Positions 19,737 through 29,889 of a stretch of DNA of 64,000 nt are shown here, one piece after another (the stretch's first letter is position 1; each line of letters starts with the position of its first letter). Under the pieces are notes generated by a model. It saw only the letters and a list, made by a program, of their open reading frames with translations, searched no databases and was not told the origin of the DNA. A program made the position numbers and the translations under genes. This DNA is from Oligoflexales bacterium. Lineage in GTDB: Bacteria > Bdellovibrionota_B > Oligoflexia > Oligoflexales > CAIYRB01. The DNA lies in NCBI GenBank assembly GCA_041736175.1, contig JBGSUI010000014.1, positions 32,001-96,000 on the forward strand. Reading direction: 5' to 3'.

Positions 19737-21371
19737 GTGATTAATATGGCAAAGTTCTTTAATATCGCTGGCCCCATTCAGCAAGAAGATCACTATTTTA
19801 TACCAATCGCTCAAAGGATTGATTTGGATGAAATCCTGATGCTCATAGGCCAAAAAAAGTACTTTGTCCTCCATGCTCCTCGCCAAAGCGGTAAAACAAC
19901 CACCCTGCTCGAACTCTGCAAAATACTCAACCAAAGTGGCAAATACAAATGTCTCTATATCAATGTGGAAAGCGCGCAAACAGCCAGAGGAAATGTCGAG
20001 CAGGCTATGCGTATCATCACTCAAGATCTGGTGCGAAGAGAAAAAATCTACCTGCCGCATGATGATATCTTAGCCACAAATATCGATGAAATGTATCGAC
20101 GCAGTCCGGCTTCCGCTCTTGGACTCCTCCTCACAAAATGGGCCCAAGAGAGCATGTTACCAACGATCCTTTTGATCGATGAAATCGACTCACTCGCCGG
20201 AGATACACTCGTTTCTGTCATGCGCCAATTACGCGACGGGTATCATGAACGCCCCAAAAACTTTCCCCAAAGCGTTATTCTTTGCGGGGTCCGCGACGTG
20301 CGAGATTACCGCCTTGATGATGGCTCGGGAAAGTCTCCTGTGACTGGTGGCAGTGCTTATAATGTAAATTCGAAATCCCTCAGAATGGGCCCCTTTACTC
20401 GAGACGAAGTGAAGGAGCTTTACCAGCAGCATACCGAGGCCACAGGCCAAGCCTTTAGCGGCGAAGCCTTAAAAATAGCCTTTGATTTGACCCTCGGCCA
20501 ACCATGGCTCGTCAACGCCCTCGCCTATGAGACTTGCTTTGAAAACCCCCATGGTCGAGATCGCAGCCAAACCATCACAGCTGAGATGATCGTGGCAGCT
20601 AAAGATGCCTTGATCCTGCGGCGCGTGACCCATCTCGACCAGCTTGCGGATAAGCTTAAAGAGCCAAGGGTGAGGTCCGTAATTGAACCAATGCTAAGGG
20701 GAGAACTCCCCCCCGTCATCCATCAAGCCGATATTGAATATGTCACGGACCTTGGGCTCGTGGCAAAAACACCATCCGGTTTAAAGGTTGCAAACCCCAT
20801 TTATCACGAAGTGATTCCGCGGCAGCTGACCTACATCAATCAAACTCTCTTAGACTCTGTTGTCACCCGCCAGTGGTACATCAACCCCGATGGCTCGATC
20901 GCCGTGGAAAAACTCCTCCAAGACTTTCAGCAATTTTTCAGAGAAAACAGCGAGGCTTGGATCCAACGCTTCGACCAGTACCACGAGGCAGGCCCCCAGC
21001 TCCTGCTTCAGGCCTATCTGCAGCGGGTGGTCAACGGCGGTGGCCGCATCGACCGGGAATACGGCCTGGGTCGGGGGCGTACTGATATCCTCCTCACCTG
21101 GCCCTACGGTCCGGAAGTCACGACCTCCAGTGGGACGACTCGGGGGAGTCTGATGCAAAAAGCGGTTTTTGAACTTAAAATCGTTTATGGGAGTAAAGAG
21201 AAAACCCTGGCCAAGGGTCTGGAGCAAACCAAGATGTATTTGGACCAGGTTGGACTTAAAGCAGGTCACCTTTTAATCTTTAACCGGGATATAAACCAGA
21301 CATGGGACGACAAGATCTACCGGGAGGAGCATTCTTATCAAGGGTGTTCCATTACGGTGTGGGGGATGTGA
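19737..21371 (+). CDS. AAA-like P-loop ATPase with C-terminal PD-(D/E)xK-type domain
   Basis: FFNIAGP, HAPRQSGKTT Walker A, LLIDEID Walker B, GQPWLVN; C-terminal REYGLGRGRTD...FELK. Confidence 0.85.
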   Translation: MINMAKFFNIAGPIQQEDHYFIPIAQRIDLDEILMLIGQKKYFVLHAPRQSGKTTTLLELCKILNQSGKYKCLYINVESAQTARGNVEQAMRIITQDLVRREKIYLPHDDILATNIDEMYRRSPASALGLLLTKWAQESMLPTILLIDEIDSLAGDTLVSVMRQLRDGYHERPKNFPQSVILCGVRDVRDYRLDDGSGKSPVTGGSAYNVNSKSLRMGPFTRDEVKELYQQHTEATGQAFSGEALKIAFDLTLGQPWLVNALAYETCFENPHGRDRSQTITAEMIVAAKDALILRRVTHLDQLADKLKEPRVRSVIEPMLRGELPPVIHQADIEYVTDLGLVAKTPSGLKVANPIYHEVIPRQLTYINQTLLDSVVTRQWYINPDGSIAVEKLLQDFQQFFRENSEAWIQRFDQYHEAGPQLLLQAYLQRVVNGGGRIDREYGLGRGRTDILLTWPYGPEVTTSSGTTRGSLMQKAVFELKIVYGSKEKTLAKGLEQTKMYLDQVGLKAGHLLIFNRDINQTWDDKIYREEHSYQGCSITVWGM

Positions 21372-21470
21372 GCCACAACTAGACCACCTGGTGTTTTTAA
21401 CAAAAAGGCGGGGCTTTAGGATCTGTGGTATACTAGTGTTTATTTTCTATAACGAAGGAAGGTTATAAAC

Positions 21471-21827
21471 ATGGGTCTTTACATCGATGGTTTCCTGCTC
21501 ACTCTAAAAACCAAAAACCTACCTGCCTACAGGAAGATGGCAAAACTCGGCTGCAAGGTCTGGATGGAGCACGGCGCTTTGAGTTATATCGAAGCAATTG
21601 GCGATGACATCAAGGTCAAGTTCGGACTCCCCTTTCCCAAACTTCTGAAAACTAAACCCTCGGAAACCATAGTCATCGCCTTTGTCACCTACAAGTCCAA
21701 AGCAGATCGCAATCGCATTACAAAGCTAGTGATGAGCGATCCGCGCATGAACATGATCGATCAGCCCATGCCATTCGATATGAATACGATGTGTTTTGGA
21801 GGCTTCAAGTCCTTGGTCGAATCCTAG
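21471..21827 (+). CDS. DUF1428 (YbaA-like) protein
   Basis: YIDGF, VWMEHGAL, VMSDPRM, MPFD, GGF. Confidence 0.88.
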   Translation: MGLYIDGFLLTLKTKNLPAYRKMAKLGCKVWMEHGALSYIEAIGDDIKVKFGLPFPKLLKTKPSETIVIAFVTYKSKADRNRITKLVMSDPRMNMIDQPMPFDMNTMCFGGFKSLVES

Positions 21828-21994
21828 CTGTCATGGAACCTCTGCCCGGGGACTCCAAATATATCAGCGTAACTCGGGTATGTCGTCTAGGGCGAACCAT
21901 GAATCTTGTCTCTTGCCGATCGTAAAATTCGGGTATAAGGAATTGGATACTAATATGCCAAGCTCCCGAGAGCAATCTGATAGGATGCAAAGGT

Positions 21995-22582
21995 ATGACA
22001 ACAAAGTTGATTCGAGATGCCTTTAGACAAGCGGCAGACCACGCTACGTGGTTAAGCCAAAACGAAGCCCTGATCCAAGAGGTGGAGAAAGCGGCTGGGC
22101 TTATCATTACATCTCTCAAAAACAAGGGCCGGGTTTTTAGTTGTGGCAACGGTGGATCACTGTGCGACGCCATGCATTTTGCCGAGGAGCTTTCGGGGCG
22201 TTTTAGACGAGACCGGGCAGCCCTGCCTGCGCTGGCGATGATCGACCCAGGTCATATCACCTGCACAGCCAATGATTTTGGGTATGACCAAATCTATAGT
22301 CGTTTTCTAGAAGCCCACGGGCGTTCTGGGGATGTACTCCTTGCGATCAGTACCAGTGGTAAGAGTCCCAATATTCTCAGGGCAGCACAAACAGCGCGAA
22401 ATTTAGGCATCAAATGTATCGGGCTCACAGGGCGTCCTCTGAGTCCCCTCCATCCTTGGCTTGATATCGATCTCTGTACTGAAGGTAAAACCCAATGGGC
22501 GGACCGAATCCAAGAAATGCATATTAAGGTGATTCATACTCTTATTGAGGTTATAGAGTCTCAACTTTTTGGTATGTCTTAG
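21995..22582 (+). CDS. gmhA: D-sedoheptulose 7-phosphate isomerase
   Basis: CGNGGS.CDAMHFAEEL, ANDFGY, ISTSGKS, RIQEMH. Confidence 0.95.
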   Translation: MTTKLIRDAFRQAADHATWLSQNEALIQEVEKAAGLIITSLKNKGRVFSCGNGGSLCDAMHFAEELSGRFRRDRAALPALAMIDPGHITCTANDFGYDQIYSRFLEAHGRSGDVLLAISTSGKSPNILRAAQTARNLGIKCIGLTGRPLSPLHPWLDIDLCTEGKTQWADRIQEMHIKVIHTLIEVIESQLFGMS

Positions 22583-22619
22583 CCACGGTGCGGAATCACG
22601 ATAAGGACTGGGTGAACCA

Positions 22620-23726
22620 ATGGAAAATAGTTTAGGAAGCCATTATCGCAACATTAAGAGACTTAACCGCCCCGTGATTTTGTCTCCCGATAATTTTATG
22701 CCAGTCGCCAGGACTCCTTGGGGGGGATTTGGGATTGCAAAACTTTACAAAAACCACCTAGGCCCAGAGTTTTTACCCCAGGGTGCGCCACCAAAGATTG
22801 GCGAGTCTTGGGAGTTTTCCCTCGACCCTAACTATCCATCGCGCGCGATCGAAGATAGGACAAGCCTTAAAGTGCTTATGGAACATTTTGCTGAGGATGT
22901 TTTTTCTCCTGCAAAAATCAGCCAAGGTTTAGGGCAATGTCATATTATGGTTAAGCTGCTTGAGGCTGCAGAGCCCCTGTCGCTCCAGGTTCATCCTGGA
23001 GACCAAGACCCCGATCTCAAACCCCATGAATGCGGTAAACCTGAATCTTGGTTGGTGCTTCATGCTGAAAAAGGCGCAGGGATCTACCTAGGATTTAAAG
23101 CACCGCATACTAGGGAGCAACTCCACGAAATCCTATTACGGGGTGATGAGGCTAAAACTCATCTGTATTTTCAGGAGGTAAAGGCTGGAGACTATTTTGA
23201 AATCCAGCCTGGGGTCCCCCACTCCATCGGACCAGGGGTGACTATTCTCGAGCCCCAAAGGGTGTTGCCAGGTCGAGAGGGCAAAACCTTTAGACTTTGG
23301 GATTGGGGCCGCCTCTACGAGGGTAAACCAAGGGAACTTCATTTACAGCAGGGCCTTAAACTTATCGACCCTCTCCATCAGGTGGGAGAAAAGTTTGTAA
23401 AGTCTCTGAAAAGAGTGCCAACAGTCCATAAAGGCAAGGGTTTTGAGGCGCTTTTTTTCGAGCCCAACGGCGAGTACCAGACGGTCCTGGTCAGAGCCGA
23501 AAAAGGTGCAGACCTGAGGCTCAATTTGAAAGATGGATTTGGTGTGATCACTGTGCTAAAAGGCATCCTCCGGCTGGCCCCCGCAGAGCGGACACAAGTT
23601 CAGCAGACCATGCCCACGGGGACCACGGCGCTGGTGCCCCACGCAGCACTGCCCCTTGTTGGGAGTTTTGAAGAAGCAGGGGAGTTTGTCATCTTGATCC
23701 CATCTCACACAACACTGAGTTTATAA
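22620..23726 (+). CDS. manA: Type I mannose-6-phosphate isomerase
   Basis: PWGG, IGESWE, LSLQVHP, GKPESW, PGVPHSIG. Confidence 0.85.
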   Translation: MENSLGSHYRNIKRLNRPVILSPDNFMPVARTPWGGFGIAKLYKNHLGPEFLPQGAPPKIGESWEFSLDPNYPSRAIEDRTSLKVLMEHFAEDVFSPAKISQGLGQCHIMVKLLEAAEPLSLQVHPGDQDPDLKPHECGKPESWLVLHAEKGAGIYLGFKAPHTREQLHEILLRGDEAKTHLYFQEVKAGDYFEIQPGVPHSIGPGVTILEPQRVLPGREGKTFRLWDWGRLYEGKPRELHLQQGLKLIDPLHQVGEKFVKSLKRVPTVHKGKGFEALFFEPNGEYQTVLVRAEKGADLRLNLKDGFGVITVLKGILRLAPAERTQVQQTMPTGTTALVPHAALPLVGSFEEAGEFVILIPSHTTLSL

Positions 23727-23729
23727 CAT

Positions 23730-25319
23730 ATGTCTCAAAACCACCGCGAGATTGCAAGGCGACGAACCTTTGCCATCATATCCCATCCTGATGCAGGTAA
23801 AACGACTCTTACCGAAAAGCTCTTGCTCTACGGGGGCGCCATCCAACTCGCAGGGACTGTTAAAGCGAAAAGATCTAAAAAATTTGCGACCTCAGACTGG
23901 ATGGAGATCGAGAAGCAGCGCGGAATCTCGGTGACAAGTTCGGTGATGAAGTTTCCTTACCAAGGATTTGAAATCAACCTGATCGACACCCCTGGTCACC
24001 AAGACTTTTCCGAAGATACCTACCGAACCCTAACGGCGGTTGATTCAGCCCTGATGCTGATCGATGCAGCTAATGGAGTCGAAACCCAAACCAAAAAACT
24101 TTTTGAAGTTTGTGCGTTGCGAAAGACGCCTATACTCGCGTTTGTCAATAAGATGGACCGGGAGGGGCGCACACCCTTTGCTCTTATGGACGAAGTGGAA
24201 AAGGTGCTAGGGATTCAGTGTTTTCCCGTGACCTGGCCCATCGGCATGGGTGAAACCTTTAGAGGTGTCTATGACCGTTTGTCCAAGCAGCTCCTGCTGT
24301 TTGAAAAGGGATCTGATCGAGCGCGCCCGGTACCTCTAAAGGGGATGTCCCTCGAAAGTCCCGAAGTGGTTCAAGAGATTGGCGAGGAACTAGCGCGGGA
24401 ACTCAGAGATGATGTTGAGCTGTTAGCGGCTACTGGAGATCACTTAGACAACGATGCCTACCTAAGCGGTAAAGTGGCTCCGCTTTTTTTTGGAAGTGCT
24501 ATTAATAATTTTGGTGTGCAGACCCTACTGGAAGCTCTGATTCATATCGCTCCCGAGCCGCGGCCGAGGCAGGCTCTTGAGCGGGTTGTGGATTCTAAGG
24601 AAGAAGCTTTTTCTGCCTTTATTTTTAAAATCCAAGCCAATATGGATCCCTCCCACCGGGACCGAGTGGCTTTTATGCGGATCTGTTCCGGCCGTTTTGA
24701 GCGCAATATGAAGGCCTTTCATGTAAGGCTCGGGCGTGAGATGCGGCTTGGACGTCCAACCCAGTTTATGGCCCAAGATCGGAGCCTGGTGGATGAGGCG
24801 TTTGCAGGGGATATCGTTGGTATCCACGATCCTGGAGTGTTTAAGATCGGGGACTCCCTTTCGGAAGGTGAGTCGGTTCATTTCATGGGGATTCCTGTGT
24901 TTGCTCCCGAACATTTTTGTCGCGTAGTCCTGGCAGAGCCTCTTAAGTCGAAGCAGCTCACAAAAGGTCTGGATCAACTCTCAGAGGAAGGAGCTGTTCA
25001 GGTCTTCAGGCCTACGGTATCTTCTGACCAATATTTAGGGGTGGTGGGAACGTTGCAGTTTGATGTGGTGGCATACCGCATTAAGGCAGAGTATGGTGTA
25101 GCCGTAAAGTTTGAGAGCCTTCCCTATGGTGTCGCGCGTTGGATTTCGTCTCCTAAGAAAGAAGCCTTGGCTTTGTTTATCAAAAATAATCAGCATAATG
25201 TTTGTCTAGACCAGCACCAGAGTCCGACGATTCTGGTGGACGAGCCTTGGCGGCTTAGACTCTTAGAAGAGAGAAACCCAGATATAGTCTTTTCGGCGAC
25301 CTCGGAAGGAGGCCGGTAA
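23730..25319 (+). CDS. prfC: Peptide chain release factor 3
   Basis: RRRTFAIISHPDAGKTTLTEKLL, SDWM, DTPGHQDFSEDTYR, FKIQANM. Confidence 0.98.
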   Translation: MSQNHREIARRRTFAIISHPDAGKTTLTEKLLLYGGAIQLAGTVKAKRSKKFATSDWMEIEKQRGISVTSSVMKFPYQGFEINLIDTPGHQDFSEDTYRTLTAVDSALMLIDAANGVETQTKKLFEVCALRKTPILAFVNKMDREGRTPFALMDEVEKVLGIQCFPVTWPIGMGETFRGVYDRLSKQLLLFEKGSDRARPVPLKGMSLESPEVVQEIGEELARELRDDVELLAATGDHLDNDAYLSGKVAPLFFGSAINNFGVQTLLEALIHIAPEPRPRQALERVVDSKEEAFSAFIFKIQANMDPSHRDRVAFMRICSGRFERNMKAFHVRLGREMRLGRPTQFMAQDRSLVDEAFAGDIVGIHDPGVFKIGDSLSEGESVHFMGIPVFAPEHFCRVVLAEPLKSKQLTKGLDQLSEEGAVQVFRPTVSSDQYLGVVGTLQFDVVAYRIKAEYGVAVKFESLPYGVARWISSPKKEALALFIKNNQHNVCLDQHQSPTILVDEPWRLRLLEERNPDIVFSATSEGGR

Positions 25320-25331
25320 ACTGACGGACAA

Positions 25332-25354
25332 CTGCATAGGCACGATCTATGCAG
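25332..25354. promoter_or_regulatory. 8-bp inverted repeat overlapping a sigma54-like -24/-12 motif
   Basis: CTGCATAG-N7-CTATGCAG; contains AGGCACGATCTATGCA (GG-N10-GC). Confidence 0.4.
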
Positions 25355-25437
25355 GTGTATGTTGGGCTTACGGCCACGATCTGACCAAGGTGCCCCAAAA
25401 TGCTGTTGCTGAAGTTGTTGCTGCTGGAGACTCTAAG

Positions 25438-26799
25438 ATGCTTAGAAAAATTCCCTACTCGTTGCTGATTGTTGGTAGTTTAGGACTCGCTTTGTTTTCC
25501 CGATGTCGCCCCAGCTCAAAGCCTACTACAAGCGATTTAGAGCATTATTTCGAAAACAATCAGCTCTGGGCCCTTGGTCAGGTAACCTTGGGCGATATAG
25601 CCCAGATGCCGGATATTTTTATAAAAACGGTTTCCCCCAGCAGATCCCCCACCTTGCCGGGAACGGGCGGTAGTGCCCCGCAAAAAGCCAGCACTGATCA
25701 AACTTTAGGCGATTATCAACTCAGTGGACAGATTGGAGGAGAATCTAAAGATGTCGCTTTTGTGGATTACCATCCCACCGAAACCAAACTCTTAAGTTAT
25801 ATCTATCGTTTAGAAGTCTTGGGTTCCGGGACCGGTCAGTGGACCGTATACGCAAGGCTTTTTAAGACTCCTAAAATGGCTAAAAGAGCGATGATCGTCC
25901 TCGGAACCATAGGGGCGATGCCCAGTGACCAGCCGCAAAAGCTCCAGCTCGCCATGAATATCAATCGATCGATGATCGTCGATGGGCCAATGCTTGGTTT
26001 TTGGGCCCTGCATATTCCAGATGTGGCCAAGACAGTCGTCCAGCCCTGGCTAGGGATCTGCCCGCGCAATGAAGTTGTTCAAACTGCACAAGGTCCGTTG
26101 GTCGTCGGCCAAACCTCGACCACCCAAACGGGACAGATGCCGGGACAAACGGTGGGCCAAAATCCCCTCCAAGGCCCTGGTCAAGGAAACGTCTGTCGAT
26201 CGCTGGCCGTAGAGCTTGACCTTTGTGGAGGGGATCCTATGGCGACAGGGTGCCTACCACCTATCGATCGATTGCTACAAAAAAAATCTGATAACGGAGA
26301 TGATGGCGATTTACAAACCAAAGTCGAAATCATCAAAGGGGCAACACCGATCGGTGATAGCTCTCAAAGTTATGTCATCGATAAATCCGTTGAATACGCT
26401 CAGTTTGCCATCACATTTCCCAAAGTGAGTGTTAAAACGGAAATGGAAAACAACGACCTCTGTAATAGTGGGCTTCTTACCGTACAAAAGACAGTCGGTG
26501 GTTTGGCCAATCCTACCTGTTCGGTGACTGTGATTCCATCGTCCCCTCGACTCTCAAAGGTGGCGGCAACTGGTGGAAACGGAGGGTTGCCCGTATTACA
26601 GATGTTGCGATGTGCCCTTCAGGTGCAATTCACTAACCCCCGGACTTACCTAGAAAGGGTGTGCCAACTTGGTCTCGAACTACGACCCGCGCGCGCACCT
26701 TTAGGGGGTTCAGGTCAGCTTAATCCTGCAGAAATCAAATCCCAAATAGACGAAAATCTCAAGGAGTGGGTGGCCTTTCAGGTCGTTGTAAGACCGTGA
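25438..26799 (+). CDS. Hypothetical Cys-rich lipoprotein (ORF track starts at 25390)
   Basis: GGAGA RBS before ATG 25438; hydrophobic leader ending FSRC; about 8 further Cys. Confidence 0.7.
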   Translation: MLRKIPYSLLIVGSLGLALFSRCRPSSKPTTSDLEHYFENNQLWALGQVTLGDIAQMPDIFIKTVSPSRSPTLPGTGGSAPQKASTDQTLGDYQLSGQIGGESKDVAFVDYHPTETKLLSYIYRLEVLGSGTGQWTVYARLFKTPKMAKRAMIVLGTIGAMPSDQPQKLQLAMNINRSMIVDGPMLGFWALHIPDVAKTVVQPWLGICPRNEVVQTAQGPLVVGQTSTTQTGQMPGQTVGQNPLQGPGQGNVCRSLAVELDLCGGDPMATGCLPPIDRLLQKKSDNGDDGDLQTKVEIIKGATPIGDSSQSYVIDKSVEYAQFAITFPKVSVKTEMENNDLCNSGLLTVQKTVGGLANPTCSVTVIPSSPRLSKVAATGGNGGLPVLQMLRCALQVQFTNPRTYLERVCQLGLELRPARAPLGGSGQLNPAEIKSQIDENLKEWVAFQVVVRP

Positions 26800-26887
26800 G
26801 GTCAGCACGACAGAGCCTTTGTCTTACCCGCGAGTGGTGATACACTCTCCCGGCACTGAGCTTGGTGCTTTGGTGTGAGCAACTTAA

Positions 26888-27112
26888 ATGTTTGGGGCGT
26901 GTCTGATGGTACCATTTAGAGTTTTTGACAAAGAAAATAAAGAAATGTGGGTCATCCTCAATTATCATCAATCGGGAGGCGAAGGGTCTTATCTGGCGGC
27001 CCGAGAAGATGATACCGAAAAGGATGGGGAGCTTGCGATCATTCCTGCAGGTCAATTGGCTAAGTTTAGACTAGTGGATTTTCTTGAAGAAGAAGCAACC
27101 TACGATGACTAG
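26888..27112 (+). CDS. Hypothetical small acidic protein
   Basis: 74 aa ORF, co-oriented, followed by a hairpin. Confidence 0.6.
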   Translation: MFGACLMVPFRVFDKENKEMWVILNYHQSGGEGSYLAAREDDTEKDGELAIIPAGQLAKFRLVDFLEEEATYDD

Positions 27113-27159
27113 CTTAGGGAACTGGTTGTGAGACGCACCTCTTTCTTTCAGATATTTTT

Positions 27160-27192
27160 AAATCCCTAGGGCTTGTCTATCCCTAGGGATTT
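27160..27192. terminator. Hairpin between convergent genes (probable bidirectional terminator)
   Basis: AAATCCCTAGGG-N9-CCCTAGGGATTT inverted repeat. Confidence 0.55.
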
Positions 27193-27199
27193 CCTCCCC

Positions 27200-27487
27200 C
27201 TAGGCCAAGGCATCTTTAAGGATTTTTCCTGGCTTGAAAGCGACGACTCTTTTGGCGGGTATTTGGATCTCTTGGCCTGTTACGGGATTCCTTCCGATGC
27301 GGGCTTTGCGTTTATTGGCTGAGAAAGTCCCAAAGCCAACCAATTTGATATCTTGATCATCTTTGAGCGAGCTGGCTATGACCTCGATAAAGGAATCAAG
27401 CATAGACTCCACCGTTGCCTTGGTTTGCTTAGTTCGGGTTGCCAGCTCATCAACAAGATCAGATTTTGTCATGGGGGTGCTCTCCAA
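27200..27487 (-). CDS. hup: HU family DNA-binding protein
   Basis: MTKSDLV, LVGFGTF, R.GRNP.TG..IQIPA, FKPGK.LK. Confidence 0.95.
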   Translation of the reverse strand: MESTPMTKSDLVDELATRTKQTKATVESMLDSFIEVIASSLKDDQDIKLVGFGTFSANKRKARIGRNPVTGQEIQIPAKRVVAFKPGKILKDALA

Positions 27488-27604
27488 ATTGACACAATGA
27501 AATGCTTAAATTTAGCTAAAAATTCTGATATATTTTAACCACGGTTTGATTTCGACTTCAAGCCAAATGGATGTAAAAATTTATAGCGATTCCTAACTCC
27601 GAGG

Positions 27605-28255
27605 ATGGATGTCTCTATCGTGAAATATACAGTTAATTTTATTATACAAAAAAATTATTTTAGAAGCCTTATCAAATTGTGGTGCATGTTTACCAGTCTG
27701 GAATTATCGCCCATTGCGATCGCAAATTCAGCTGAGATTTTGGGAGATAGGGTCATCGTTGCGATCAATGATCAGAGCTATACCCAACGGCAGCTTGAAA
27801 TGTATTTTGTCATGCGACAAAGTCTCTTAGAGAATCATAATTTCTCAGGCCAGCTCATCACTAAGGCAAACTGGAACGAAGCCTTGACTTTTTTTGTAGA
27901 AGAGGTGGTTCTCCTCCAGGAGTCCGATCGCATTGGCGGAGCCGTTGTGCCCCAAGAGCAGTTAGTTAAACTCGCAAAGCGCTCGTCGGCCCAGTTTTCT
28001 AAAAATGGCAGTCTAGAAAAACTTGCAAAACAACTGGAAATGGATGACGCTCTCAAAGAAGCTATGCTCGCGAATATTCAAAAAGTGGAAAGTTTAAAGA
28101 ATTTTAAGAATCAAACATCTCTCAATAGGAAGAGCGAAGGTCAAAATAAAAACTTGGCCATCAACGAATGGCTAAATGAAGTTTTTTCGAGGACCATCAT
28201 CAGATACTATAAGGATGCAAAAGTCTTCCGAACTCTTGGAAAGGGTTCGTCCTAG
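27605..28255 (+). CDS. Hypothetical protein, SurA N-terminal-like
   Basis: 'DRVIVAINDQSYT' and 'VEEVVLLQES' resemble SurA_N; start uncertain. Confidence 0.5.
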   Translation: MDVSIVKYTVNFIIQKNYFRSLIKLWCMFTSLELSPIAIANSAEILGDRVIVAINDQSYTQRQLEMYFVMRQSLLENHNFSGQLITKANWNEALTFFVEEVVLLQESDRIGGAVVPQEQLVKLAKRSSAQFSKNGSLEKLAKQLEMDDALKEAMLANIQKVESLKNFKNQTSLNRKSEGQNKNLAINEWLNEVFSRTIIRYYKDAKVFRTLGKGSS

Positions 28256-28278
28256 TGTTCATTTAAGCTTGGGGGCTT

Positions 28279-28791
28279 GTGAGTAAAAAAAGAGAAACCA
28301 ATTTAGAATATTTACCTAAGATTGACTCTATATATCTCATCAGTCGGACAGAGATTCAAATCCAAGAACTCAAAGCCATGAGTTTAGAGTGGCAAAAAGA
28401 TATTTTTGGATTTTGGAGCTTTGATGAGGTGCTCCGCTCACTCCAAAGACCTTCCTATCTGGGTTACTATGTGTCGGAGAGATATGATGGACCTTGGAAA
28501 GCCATGGTTCTAGTGGATATAGGTCCATTTACGGCAGATCTAATGTATGTCTATGTAGGCCCAAACTATAGAAAAAGGGGGCTAGCCCGTCGTTTGCTCG
28601 AAACGGTGGAGGCTACGCTGCGTAAGGATTATAGCCATTTAGAAACTCTGTTTCTTGAGGTGAGGGTGTCCCATCTTGGGGCGATCAAGCTCTATGAGAA
28701 GTTTGGAATGGAGCGCATTTCCCAGCGCAAAAGTTACTATAAAGATGGTGAAGATGCTTTTGTCTATCAAAAAAAGCTCATAGGAACATAA
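28279..28791 (+). CDS. GNAT acetyltransferase, RimI-like
   Basis: V.PNYRKRGLA acetyl-CoA motif, LEVRVS, LYEKFG, RKSYY.DGEDA. Confidence 0.85.
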   Translation: MSKKRETNLEYLPKIDSIYLISRTEIQIQELKAMSLEWQKDIFGFWSFDEVLRSLQRPSYLGYYVSERYDGPWKAMVLVDIGPFTADLMYVYVGPNYRKRGLARRLLETVEATLRKDYSHLETLFLEVRVSHLGAIKLYEKFGMERISQRKSYYKDGEDAFVYQKKLIGT

Positions 28792-28792
28792 A

Positions 28793-29875
28793 ATGACCCT
28801 TCCCAATGAAATCACTGATGTGGTCTGGCTGCAAACAGGTTTTATCGGCGATATCATATTGAATTCTGCTGCAATCCGACTTCTCTCTCAGGAAAAACCC
28901 GAAATCCGCCAGCATATGATCACCACCCAGGCGGGGGCGGAGATCTTTGCGGGAGATAAAACACTCTTTAATGCGGTGGTCTTCCACAAGCGCAAGAGTT
29001 TTTTTAGTTTAAAGCCATTTATGGAGGCTAAGACAAATATTGACAAAATTGGCCTCAAAAAAGAATCCACTGTTTTGCTCCAAGTGCATCGGAGCGTGCG
29101 CTCCAGTCTATTGTCATGGTTGCTCAATTTTACAACAGCGACCTATTTAGAAACTCCTTTTCGCATCCGAGCACGGTGGAAGGTGCCACGGATTGCGGTC
29201 TTTCACGAGACCGCTAGGATTGGAATGCTCCTTACGACCTTAGGGATCTCAAGGCGAAAGATATTAGAAGCCAGGCCCCACCTTAAGGCTCTTTCTGGTG
29301 AAATAGGCGATTCTGCCGCCCAGTGGTCTACATGGATTTCTGAGACCGATGGTGAAATCATCGCAGTCGCTCCCGGCAGTGTCTGGGGCACAAAACGATG
29401 GCCAAGTGGCTCATTTGCAGAGCTGGTTCAAAAGATCCTAACAAGCAGGGCAAAGGCGCGGATTGTGCTTATTGGGAGTCCCGCAGAGACGGGGACAGCT
29501 CAAGAAATCGTCGACAAGAATCAGGGATGCAGTGATAGGTTATGCAATCTTGTTGGAACGACTTCGCTCCAAGATCTGCGGCGGATTTTTCCCCGAGTGA
29601 AATTATTGATCGCTAATGATAGTTCGCCGATCCATTTTGCCTCGGCGTTTTCAGTCCCAACCATTGGTCTGTTTGGAGCCACAATTCCAGAAATGGGATT
29701 TGGACCAACGGCACCAGGGTCAAAGGTGCTAGGTGTTAAACTTAGGTGCCGCCCATGTAGCGATCATGGGCCCAAACAGTGCCCCTTGGGACATTTTCAA
29801 TGTATGAAAACCTTGTCGGTTGATTCCGTATTTAAAGCTTGTAATGATATACTCGCAACTCAGATCACGAAATAG
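28793..29875 (+). CDS. Glycosyltransferase family 9 (LPS heptosyltransferase, WaaF-like)
   Basis: QTGFIGD, APGSVWGTKRWP, NDSSP.H.A, LFGAT, CRPC...CPLGHFQCM. Confidence 0.9.
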   Translation: MTLPNEITDVVWLQTGFIGDIILNSAAIRLLSQEKPEIRQHMITTQAGAEIFAGDKTLFNAVVFHKRKSFFSLKPFMEAKTNIDKIGLKKESTVLLQVHRSVRSSLLSWLLNFTTATYLETPFRIRARWKVPRIAVFHETARIGMLLTTLGISRRKILEARPHLKALSGEIGDSAAQWSTWISETDGEIIAVAPGSVWGTKRWPSGSFAELVQKILTSRAKARIVLIGSPAETGTAQEIVDKNQGCSDRLCNLVGTTSLQDLRRIFPRVKLLIANDSSPIHFASAFSVPTIGLFGATIPEMGFGPTAPGSKVLGVKLRCRPCSDHGPKQCPLGHFQCMKTLSVDSVFKACNDILATQITK

Positions 29876-29889
29876 AGCTTAACCAAAGA

